DNA of 64,000 nucleotides from NCBI GenBank assembly GCA_964658305.1, contig OZ210884.1, positions 4,030,001 to 4,094,000 of the forward strand. The letters are read 5' to 3'. The position numbers and the translations under genes are program-made. This document shows, piece by piece, positions 1 to 10,589 of this stretch. The stretch comes from Leptogorgia sarmentosa (Eukaryota). A model generated the notes under the pieces. The model saw only the letters and a program-made list of their open reading frames with translations. It ran no database searches and was not told where the DNA came from. Numbering within the stretch: the first letter of the stretch is position 1; every line of letters starts with the position of its first letter.

Positions 1-687
1 ACATTTCGTCAAAAATACGCGACATTGAAAAAATTATCCTCTTAATAAGATGGACTGAGCTTTTCACCTGGGGTAATCTATATCACTAAAGCGAAGTGAT
101 TAGGTTTCCTTAAACAATCAAGTAACGCATACGTTTATTTACATTTTAATCAATAAATTTGAATTTCAATTTGCATTATGTAGCTACCATCATAATTGTA
201 TATGGGTTACCAATAATTTCAAAAAACAAAAAATATAAATGATATTCTAATTAAGCATATATATATTCTTTTGAAGTCAAAGACAGGGATAATAGTTGTA
301 GATAAATTCTATTTGTCACTTTTCGTCTTTATTCCAGTCTTGTTCAGACCTTAGCAAAATATCAGAAATAACATATAGATATGCATTGCTTTGGACAAAC
401 TAATTATTCATTTGGTTCATAGATGATTTTGGCAACTAAGAGAACTACAATGAAACAATTTCTTTTATTGATAAGTAAATTAAACCAAATGGCGCAATAT
501 TAACCGAAAACCTTTAAACTTGTAAAAAATATCCTTGTAGAAGCGACGTTGGACATTGTGCATGCACACATTTAACTTCTTTGTTGTCTATCGATCAATA
601 ACTACGAAATAATGCATTTCGCGCCATCTATTCCTTCGCCAATTTTTAGTTTCGTGATGGTCGTATCGTATGGAACAGAAGCGTTAT

Positions 688-1979
688 AATTGCTGCCGAC
701 CGAAGGGAGGCAGCATACTATTCTTGCGGTGGTAACTCGTGCCCAGACCTTTCTCGGAGTTATGTATATTAGTCGTCCAAAATCGAGATTTGTTTCGTGA
801 CGTAGGCAATTTTATGACGTAAATCGAGAGATCAGCGGGTACTGGATAGACCAACTCATGAGGACTATTTTTGGAAGTTTTCGAAATTCCTAGCTGTTCG
901 AAGTTTTGCTGCGATCTTCATAAATCATAATTGTCGTAGTTGGCCGACATTGCCATCGCAATTCGTAAATAGCGGGCAAACTCAGATGTGTAACACAGTA
1001 GAACTCGTCACAACAAGATAGCCATAATTTTAAATCGGTTGATGATAGGCAACATATTTGCGTGCTTTCGCATTTTATAGCTTTCGTGTTTGTTTTCGCC
1101 ATCTCCGACTCTTCGTCGCCTCGCGGTATTGCCATTCATTTACTAATGTACTCCTGATGCAAAAGAATAATTTACTACAATTAAACTCAGCCGGTTGCTC
1201 CTTGTTGCTTTGTAATGCGACTATATGACTCGACAACACTGGTATGAAAAGAGTCGACGGCATCACTAAGCTACGGGAGATACCGGGGATTTACAGAATT
1301 TTCGATACTAAAAGAACTAAACCACATATAGGCATACAAAAGTAAATCCAACGTTGGCCTGATACTGTAAGTAAACTGGATATTTTATTACGACGCAGAA
1401 GTAGCGCGCACTTTATGATTTAACTCATTTAAGATCATTTGTTCAGCACGATGTATATATTATAATTTTAAAATAAAAATTGCGCACGTGATACGACAAT
1501 AAAATAGTGATTACTTTCTCGTATCACGTGCGCAATGTTTCCTTAGTTTTCTTTTAAAAAATATGATTTTAGTGTTAATATAAAACTGTTTGCTTCCGGT
1601 GATTCTGATGAGTTTGCTGTTGACGCGTTTGGCAAGGGCGCTGCGTGCGAAAAACCTAAGCGAGGTCGGGCCACTGAGCCACAGATTAAGACTCTTAATC
1701 TGTGACTGAGCTAAAGAATTACAGTCTTTCTTTAACTCAGTGGGTCTGGCATCGTTTTGTTTTTGTTGAAAGACCACTTACTTTCCTAAAAAATTCCAAA
1801 GACGTTCTTTGATTTTTTTCTCACTCTCTCGAATTGTTTTTAGTGGTTAGGGTTAGGATGCTACGGTTAGGGTTAGATTTATGGTTTGGGACTTGTTTAT
1901 TTTGTGAAAATTACGTGCCAATGTAAGTGGGTGCTTCAGTGGATACGGCAGCACTTTCCTTGCGATAGTAACTCCTAGT
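688..1979 (+). mobile_element. Non-autonomous Helentron/DINE-1-like rolling-circle element
   Basis: 5' sub-terminal motif TGCTGCCG (691) with a nearby inverted copy GGCAGCA (709-715). 3' inverted copy CGGCAGCA (1946-1953), then a degenerate stem-loop and a CTAGT end (1975-1979). Internal GGTTAG/TTAGGG repeats at about 1845-1876. Confidence 0.5.
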
Positions 1980-2458
1980 ATAGAAACTAGATTGAGGCAA
2001 TTTTTCAAGATTCGATATAATTTTCCCATTAATTTTGTTATGACGTAATGCAAATGTATCTGGTGATGGAAATGCATATTCAAGGTTCCAGAGGATTGCA
2101 TAATAATTTAAAGATTGAGCATAATTATACTGATGGTTACACTATTAATACACAACACACTATATGAATGCAAGTCTCCTGCAACACAATGTTTCGGTGT
2201 GACTCACTCAAGCTAGGATTCAGCTCATGCTGAGGTTTCATCACGACTGTTGACGTAAGAAAAAGAGTAGAATAATTTGAACAAGAAATAAAATGTATGT
2301 ATTAAAATAATATGAGCTTTTGTTATTCAAATTATACTCCTATTTTCAATCCGCCAACAGCCGTGCTGAAATTCTACATCCTCCTAGCTATGTATTCATT
2401 TGCATTCATTCGACAGCACAATCGATCCGTAAAAGTACTGCGTATAGACTAGTACTGT

Positions 2459-3254
2459 CTAGGTGCACTTTTTTAGGCCAATGATTTGGTAAACTGAGGG
2501 GTCACGAAGTAATAAACTTCCATCTTCGTTTATGAACCTGTTTGCAAAACTCTTCATGTCTTTAGGTGAAATTTCGCTTACGGCACGGTAATCCGAGGCG
2601 TAGATCCAGTTGTAAAATCGTGCAATGTTTTGGAATCTAAAAGACGTAAACACATATTCGCTACTCACAACATCAAAGCTATTATCTCGTAATAACTGTT
2701 CCGCTTCAGTTTTCTGAAGGAGGTGTACTTCATCCGAATTGCTCTCGTCGTCTTTCGGGACCGTTAGTAATTTTGTAAATTCACTCACAATTTCAGGCTG
2801 TTTATCATGACTTTGGATGACTATCTTCCCACCGGGTTTGAGGCAATTGTATGCAGTTTGCAAGTATACTTTCTTTTCCTGGTTATTCAACCATTGAAAG
2901 ACGAAATTACTGAAGTGTATATCAAAGTAAGGTTCGTCGTAATGTGGAAATTTACTTGTCTGAACTTTTCCCGCGAATGAAAGTGATGTTCTCGAAGGAG
3001 TGTTTCTCGATGGCAATTTTGATTCTCTCGAAGTCTGGATCGACACCCACTACATGACTATCTTTACCAACGAGCTCAGCAAGATATGAAGTAAGTTCTC
3101 CTGTTCCACAGCCCATGTCAAGTACTTTATCGCCATGTTTTATTCGGGCGTTTATAGCCAGTTCTTTGCCACACTGAACTTGGATTTCGTTAACCTCGGA
3201 ATATGTTCTTGCAATGTTTTCATAATCTCGTGCTTTAAAGAGAACGGACGACAT
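2459..3254 (-). pseudogene. Class I SAM-dependent methyltransferase (Tam/BioC/JHAMT-like), intronless, frameshifted near 2952-2960
   Basis: Motif I VLDMGCGTG and the acidic beta-2 end GVDPD are in ORF 2952-3305. The FDIHFSNFVFQWL and LKPGGKIVI motifs are in the overlapping ORF 2459-3046. The two frames join at ...GGG AAA AGT TCA GAC A|AGT AAA TTT CCA. Likely start is MSSVLFKA at 3254. Confidence 0.8.
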
Positions 3255-3263
3255 ATCTCTGTG

Positions 3264-3432
3264 CAGTGGCGTTGCCAGCTTGATAAGTGAGGTGGACATA
3301 TTCATATATTCATATATTCATATATTCATGTATTGCACAATTAATTTCTTTTGAAATCGATTGTTTTTATGGTCTGCGAACACGAATATATGAATATGTC
3401 CACCTCACTTATCGACTCTGGCGACGCCACTG
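3264..3432. mobile_element. hAT-type MITE in the methyltransferase 5' leader
   Basis: TIRs of about 48 bp (CAGTGGCGTTGCCAG...GATAAGTGAGGTGGACATATTCATATATTC and its reverse complement ending 3432). 8-bp TSD TCTCTGTG / TCTCTGTC (7/8 match). Confidence 0.85.
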
Positions 3433-3903
3433 TCTCTGTCTCAATTTCTCTCGCACAAAAATATCAGTATGAGACAGTTACGTTTATATAACTGATATTC
3501 ATGTCTTTTACCTAATGTTATATGACTTATATAAGTAGCGTCTTTGGAATATTGTATCAAATTACTTTTAAAGCCAATTTATAATATCGATTATAAATTA
3601 AAGTTAATGGACCAAGGCGGGACTTTGGCACGATATCCAAAAATCTCACCCAGCGATCAAAGGTCATGATACTTTGATTTGAGGCATTATTAAACACACA
3701 CATAGCACGATGCAAGCACGTGCCCATCATGCTAGATACTATCTAAAGCAACCAATGAGAATACAGACTAACGACGTCAAGATCTAATTGACCAATGAGA
3801 ATCCGGCGCACAATTTAGAGGTAAATGGATAAGGCATGCCCGTTAGCTATATCTTTGTTCCAAGCACTCAACAGAGAACAATTGCGAGAGCTGCAAACGA
3901 TTT

Positions 3904-4742
3904 TTGATTTCTGAATTCGTTGCTTTCCTGGCCAAATCGATAAAATATGCGTCAATTAAAACATATTTAGCAGCCGTACGTCACTTCCACATTCGCCGTT
4001 GTATTGAGCTAAACTTGAACAAAATGCTACGCTTACAGCTTGTTCTCAGAGGGATAAAACGCTCACAGGGACAACAACTCCGGTTGCGGCTACCCATGAC
4101 AATTAACCACCTTAATCTTTTTCAAATGTTGCTCGGCGTTCCGTTCACACAGTCCTTTGACTCTAAGATGGTTTGGGCTGCTATGACATTAGCATTTTTT
4201 GGCTTTCTCCGTCTTGGAGAATTAACTTGCAACTCTAAGTTCAACCCAGATATTCACCTGACCAGAGAATGTATTAATTTTTCATCGAATAGTGGTGACA
4301 AAACTTCTCAATTCATGACGGTCCTTATCAAGGAATCTAAGGTCCATTCCGCCTGGGTCATACAATAACAATAGGCGCTACATACTCCGAAGTCTGTCCA
4401 AGTCTGTCCTGTCTGTGAAAGCCATGCTAAACTACACCCGGCTACGTCCAACAGTAACTGGGCCGCTCTTCATTTTTGCATCTGGAAAACCTCTTACTAG
4501 GCAAAATCTAACCTTTGAAGCCCGAAAGCTGCTTAACCAGGCGGGGTTGAATGCATTATGCCGGCAATAGCTACCGGATTGGTGCTGCTACAACAGCTGC
4601 TAAAGCAGACCTTAATTCCAGCGTAGCTCATCAAAACCCTATAGGGCGGTGGTCCTCAGATTGTTACGAAAGAAACATCAAAACACCAACGTCGACCTTA
4701 TCAGGAGTATCTGCCGTGTTGGTTAAAACTACAAGTTCGTAA
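3904..4742 (+). pseudogene. Tyrosine recombinase of DIRS-type retroelement, several frameshifts
   Basis: Motifs SIKTYLAAVRHFH, LAFFGFLRLGE (catalytic R), IKESK..PFRLG, GPLFIFASGKPLTR, YAGNSYRIGAATTAA (H-x-x-R degenerated to N-S-Y-R) and GRWSSDCYERNIK, spread over different frames. Confidence 0.85.
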
Positions 4743-4784
4743 AAAAAAACAAAGAAAATATCCTAACAAAACAAAACAAAAAAA

Positions 4785-6184
4785 TAGGTACACAAAGTGT
4801 ACATGTATCTGCGCCTATGTAGCTTGATGATCAAGTCTTATTTGTTTTCAGCTTTTCGATACACGCTTCTTATCCCTAATACGCGATCTTGCATGTATAA
4901 AATGGTTTACTGCTAGGGAATAGGCGAATAGCGCAAATACTAATTCCTTTCAAGACGTGAGGTTGTGCGGGGACGTATTCAATACTTGATATAAGCTTTC
5001 ATGACTATCTCGCATTCCGGAATTCCCGCGATCATATATCAAATTGCATAAGGAATTGAAACTTGACGACATATGATATCGCATGTTATGTTATTGCGTC
5101 TTTAGAATAGACACAGCGCATTGCGATTGTTTGTGAAAAATGTGGCTTTCTAAAAACCAAATTTACCCTTTTCAAAACCGTATCATAATAATATATTTAT
5201 ATACAATATATTCCGTCCATTCATGCGCATTTGCGTAGACGCTAAAGTGTATGTATGATCGGTATGCGCAGTACGCGTAGGTTCAAAACAGAATACTTGA
5301 AACTATATATGATTTCGTTTGTTTTGTCTCGCGCTTAATAAACGCACAAACCCGTGTTATTACAAGCTACGAAATCTATTTTCCTGGGATTGAGTGTTTC
5401 AACCATTCCGTATGGCGAAGCGTCAAAATATAGTAGATATTCCGTGATCACAATGACATCGTGGGCAGTCCAAACATGTACAGTGTGCGACAGTTCCGAC
5501 ACGCTAAAGTATCGTAGGGAAAATATACGCGCAATTGTGTCAAGACATTAAACTCTTTCATAACCTTAAATATTTGCTGTGTTCAATTGTATAAATTGCG
5601 TCATGATATTTTTGCTTTGATGATCCAAATTGCATAGCGAACGCGAACCTCTTTAATTAATATCTTTAAAAGTAATGCCAATGTCTGCAATTTGCGTCAT
5701 GATATTTTTGCGTATAAATTGCCTTAGTATAAATAGTGTTCTAAGCGGCGCAAACGCTCATAAATTAACCTCTATTTCAGTGAAGGCACTCGTCGCTGCG
5801 AACATTATATTTCTTTTTATCTGGATATTCATGCGAAACAAAATCCACGATCAAACAGACAAACACATCACCACTCTTCAGCTCGCGCCTATATCAGCCG
5901 CCATTTTGTAATATTTAGCCCGCAAGAACTCCACGTTGGTTCCCTTAAATTTGCGGGTGGGCTCAGTGAGAATTACGTCATCTCAATGTTACGTTGTCGC
6001 CTATTGGCTAAATTTAACTAACGAATTCGCTGATTGGCTGCAAGCTAACAGTTAACAGCTAACAGCTAACAGCTAACAGCTAACAGCTAACAGCTAACAG
6101 CTAACAGCTAACAGCTAACAGCTAACAGCTAACAGCTAACAACACGATAGCAATATATCTGCGTCACTACGTCACGCAGATACA
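4785..6184 (-). mobile_element. Helentron/DINE-1-like non-autonomous element, family A copy 1
   Basis: Left end: hairpin GTACAC-AAA-GTGTAC (4788-4802) followed by TGTATCTGCG. Right end: TATCTGCGT..ACGCAGATACA palindrome (6156-6184). A (GCTAACA)n microsatellite lies near the right end. Both flanks are A-tracts. The same architecture occurs at 53255-54190. Confidence 0.7.
6043..6140. repeat. (GCTAACA)n 7-mer tandem repeat, about 14 units
   Basis: Directly visible tandem array. Confidence 0.95.
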
Positions 6185-6527
6185 AAAACACAAAAAAAAA
6201 CTACAACCAAAAAAGGTGGGTTCGTCTATGGGGAATACACTTTCCGTGTATTTGTGGGGTTGAAATGCTCCCAATGATCACTTTCAGGCCATAGACTCAA
6301 TTATTCAATGTAATTAATTTCTAGGAACTGTCCAAGGGGATCTTAACCCCTTGGACAGGTTAATGTTAGGGGGGATCTTAACCCCCCTAACATTGCCGGA
6401 TGAGGATCTTAACCCCTATGGCTTCTAGTCTCCTAGCGGGCCTATGCATGTGCGCCCGCTGGGTTCCTTAACCCAAATGTCTATGAGCCTATGAATACGT
6501 GTATAATATCTTGTTATTGTAATACAG

Positions 6528-6662
6528 GGGCCGGTTGTATAAAACTCTTAACTATCCGTTTTGTAGTTAAATGGTAGTTAACTTTGAAATACGCGTTTCT
6601 GATTGGTCAATTTTCGCACTTAACTATAGTTAACTTTAACTACGTTTTTATACAACAGGCCC
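6528..6662. mobile_element. PIF/Harbinger-type MITE
   Basis: TIRs GGGCCGGTTGTATAAAA / TTTTATACAACAGGCCC, flanked by a CAG duplication. The TIR start is shared with the element at 55913-56151. Confidence 0.8.
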
Positions 6663-8270
6663 CAGGAGTATAACTTCATCCCCGTAATTCCCATTTCACC
6701 CACACGAAATTTGTGTCGTTTCTGTGTGTGTTCTCGGCAGCTAATACTTTCTATTTCAAAAAGTACTTGGTCTATTAACTATAAGTTCAACTTATCTCTC
6801 CTTTGTCTGAGCACAACTCTTTCGCTTCACCACGCAGCTGTAACTTCGTCTTTTACCCCCGACACTTCTATACCGCGTATAACTTGTATAACACTAGCTT
6901 CGACAAGGTGTTGAAGCCTTCTATGTATTTTGTCCAACAAGACCCAAAGTATTTGTATAACTTGGCGTTTCAGTAAACAAGTCTCGGAGGCCTTCTTCTG
7001 AATTTAAAGAGTTGTGCTCCTCCTTATATATAGCTTGGAGAAGGACGGTTTTTACATGAAGTCATTTCCTTCGGTAGGAATTTGCGTTTCTTGCGGTAAC
7101 TTCTCCCATGTGTTACGCACATGTGGTAACTGAGATTTTGCTTGCTCGTGCATCACTAAACTAAAAAGCATCGTATATCCTATGCGGGAAACAAATTATA
7201 CTAACTAAGGGTAAATAATGTAAACTTAGTAAGAATTATAACAAGTATATATAATAAGTATTCTATGGTTTATAATAATTATAATAAACCATGAATATAA
7301 TACATTATAATAACTATCAAGTAACAATCTGGCAACATGTAACTCCTATGGTTGTACAAAAGTCAAAGCATGGGTTCTTAAATATAGGGTGTGCAAAAAC
7401 TCCCCGCCATCCATTGATAATAATCTATTGTTAGAATTTCAATGCCTGCAGCACGAAGTGCAACCCACGAGTGCATAATATAAATTATTGACAAAATATT
7501 TATTCTGTTTCAGATGACGAAAGATTCTGTTTTTTCTAAATTACAAGACGTCTGCTCATGCAGGCGTTAGTTTCCGATGCGGGGTCTTGATCAATGAACC
7601 CTACGGTGGAACCAATGACGTCAGTGAACCGTCTAGTGTTCTACACGAAAGAAGTTGGTACAATACGTGACCCTGTGACGTACCCCAATGATAAGTGACT
7701 TTTCGCCTTTGTCTTGCCAGATAATTTATTCATACGCACTCGACACAAAATAATTCTTGTATTTGTTAACATTATAATGAATAATTGAAATGATCAAACA
7801 CTTCGTCTGATAGCCATTAGCCAGGTGCTACTGTGATATGATTCTGACGTTGTATATGAGAAGATCAAGTAATAGCTATTTGATTGCCAAAACTTGATGG
7901 ATTGCAGCGATTTATATTACGTTCCTTTTATTATTTAATAGCCCAGCGCTAAATCGACAGAAGACTGACGATAAGCAAGTTATAGTAAAAGATTACAGTA
8001 TTTGTTCGGCTCGACTTGCTACCCAGATTATTTTGGCTAATATATTTCCCTTTATATAATTATGTAGCACTCCCTTGCTTTAGGCCAAGACATTATATTG
8101 AGAGTTGTTATAATGCTCGTGCTTTGGTTAACAGGTTGACATTTCCGGCAGCCTACAAATCGCAAACGGCAAACAAATTAGCAATTTCGCATCGCATCCC
8201 GTTTGAAATGCACAAGCAAACTAAACTTTTCTGTCTTAGTTGATAAAATTTAAGTTCGATTATTAACAAG

Positions 8271-8645
8271 CAGGGGCGTAGCCAGCCCTACAAAAGTGAG
8301 GGGGTCCATTCATCCAGTAGATCATATAGAGCTATACTGCGCATACAAATATGTCCAAACGTGTTTCATGTATTTTAGGCGGGGATGTTATGAACTTGAA
8401 AATAATAAATGTGTCACAAGTGAACCTTAAACAAAACAGCCTAATGTGTGTGTATATTAATCAAATAATATATTAATCAAATGTTGGGAAGGCAATGGTG
8501 ATTAGACTATGAGGAGGCGTACCCGATATTCCTTATATCCGCTTTTTTACTTGATTTTGAAGGAATTGAAAGACATGTTTTGAATAAAAGTGGGGGGGTC
8601 CGGACCCCCCCCCCCCCCATTCCCCCCGTGGCTACGCCGTGCCTG
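8271..8645. mobile_element. hAT-type MITE
   Basis: TIRs CAGGGGCGTAGCC / GGCTACGCC(GTG)CCTG. Perfect 8-bp TSD TTAACAAG at 8263-8270 and 8646-8653. G/C-run subterminal segment. Confidence 0.85.
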
Positions 8646-10475
8646 TTAACAAGAAGTTTTGTTTTTAAAATTTTGCTCATCCACCGTTTAGGCTAAACGC
8701 CTTTGATACAACGGAATAGTACGGGATTGAACCAGTGGATTGAACTGAACTATTAATGAATTGCCGCTAATTTTAGCAGTTGGCCGCGCCGAGGACTGCT
8801 GCCTATATACGACACGATTAAAAAAATGCCGAATTTAAAGCTTTATGCTGTGCTACGCATCGCAAGCAATATGCTACGAATCGCATGCAGTGATGGCTGT
8901 CATGTGCAGTATACACGATCATAACATCAGGGTGTCCCCTAAAAGAGTTCCCTCTATATAAATCGCTCTATTGTTGTTTTGTTACTCTAATCTCGGGTTA
9001 TTGCACCATTAGAAATTTAAATTAGCTTCTGTCGAACAGCAACAAACGCGCGTGCCGTAATAAATATTTTTGGTCGTTCATGAAACATTCAATTATTTCA
9101 ATTACCTCTGTAAACAGGTCCTAAGAGTTGTTTTTATTAAATACAGATGCTAACTTTATGCCTGGGCAAAAATGATTATTTTTCAACCAACGTTTGGATG
9201 TTACTAGTATGCTATGTATGTTATATATGCTTAATATGTTATTAATATGGTATGTTAAATGCCTATAAGTTGATTTCATATAACCCAACTGCAATTATTT
9301 CCGCCTATATCCATTTCTGGCTAATCGGCACAGGAAAGGATTAAAACAACAATTAAGAAAACAAAGGGAGAAATTAAGCAACAAGAATGCCACCCACATT
9401 GGGTCGTCTTTCGAACCTGAACGGATTTTAACAGCTATATATTCAATAATTTTATCCCCTAGAAATTAAACAAAAAACAATAAACAAATCCTTACCTAAA
9501 ATATTTTCATGGGGTCATCTGTAATCCTATGACCTATAACGCAAAGGGTTCTAAATTAAGAAAACACTCACCGTCTATCTGGATGAAAGAATCAATATAG
9601 GCAATTTTATAACCATAGATGGAAAGACAACCTTTTGAAATTGGCCGATTGCATGTATATTAGACAAAATGTTTAAATATTTCGAAATAGTTCAATTCAT
9701 AACAACACCGCTGAAGAGCATCCCAAAGTTTAAAACTGTAAAGTTTAGGTGCAAAATGTTGCAAAATGTGAAAGACATAACCGTGTAAATTTTGTAAATT
9801 TTGCATATTTTAGTATGACACACGAAAAATTGATACCCTTAGCACCTTGAAGGAAACAGTGAAAGCAAAAGCCAAACACAAAGAAAAATAATGAGCAGTG
9901 TTGAACGTTTGGCTAATTAATGATATAAATTATTAAGTGATCATGACGTGCATATAAACCATAACAAGAAAGGCCTTTCATATTCATTTATGTTCAATTC
10001 ATTCGTTTCATCTGCAGTTAAAAATTGTAGGTGTTGGATTTTACTGCGATAAAGGTTTGTCACAATATATGGAGGAAGTAGAATAATCCGATTGGAAAAT
10101 TCTGCATTGGCTTATTAATTTGTAATACCCTTGCGACCAACAGACAAATGGAATCCATAACAAAAGCAAAATGCATTCCATTTCATAACAAAGTACATTT
10201 TGAACAGTTGTAAAGTCATGCGCTAATAATAGAGAGATTACATATAAGCCAGTTACCAGCTAAATAGAAAAATCTGATACTTTTCATATTCAAATTAGCC
10301 GCGAAATTTTTAGTAGAAGTTCCCATGTGTACATATTGAACTAACGCGACTGAATAATAAAAGGCTTGCTGGCTTCGGTTAGCATCCATTTTCACTCACA
10401 CAGGTTCGTCAATTCGATTTATGTTCCAGATTAATTGCTGATTCTTAAATAATCAGCCGATAGCGTTGTTAGAAT

Positions 10476-10589
10476 TCGTGAATAATTAGGCCAAACCGTC
10501 ATTAGGGCAGCAAAAAAACAAAGGAAACAAGAGACAAACATAAAGATAAAGAAATAACATTGTCAAAAGTTTGGCCTAATTATTCACGA
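10476..10589. mobile_element. Short MITE
   Basis: Perfect 21-bp inverted repeat TCGTGAATAATTAGGCCAAAC (10476-10496 / 10569-10589). Confidence 0.65.

Larger units (their letters stand above)
3580..6705 (+). mobile_element. Internally deleted DIRS/Ngaro-type tyrosine-recombinase retrotransposon carrying nested insertions (boundaries approximate)
   Basis: Degenerate YR coding region at 3904-4742 and a hairpin-rich 3' region at 6215-6480. No gag, RT or RNase H sequence was recognised. Confidence 0.55.

Noticed and set aside
3255..3305. N-terminal extension MNMSTSLIKLATPLHRD of the methyltransferase
   Set aside because: Derived from the MITE TIR and TSD.
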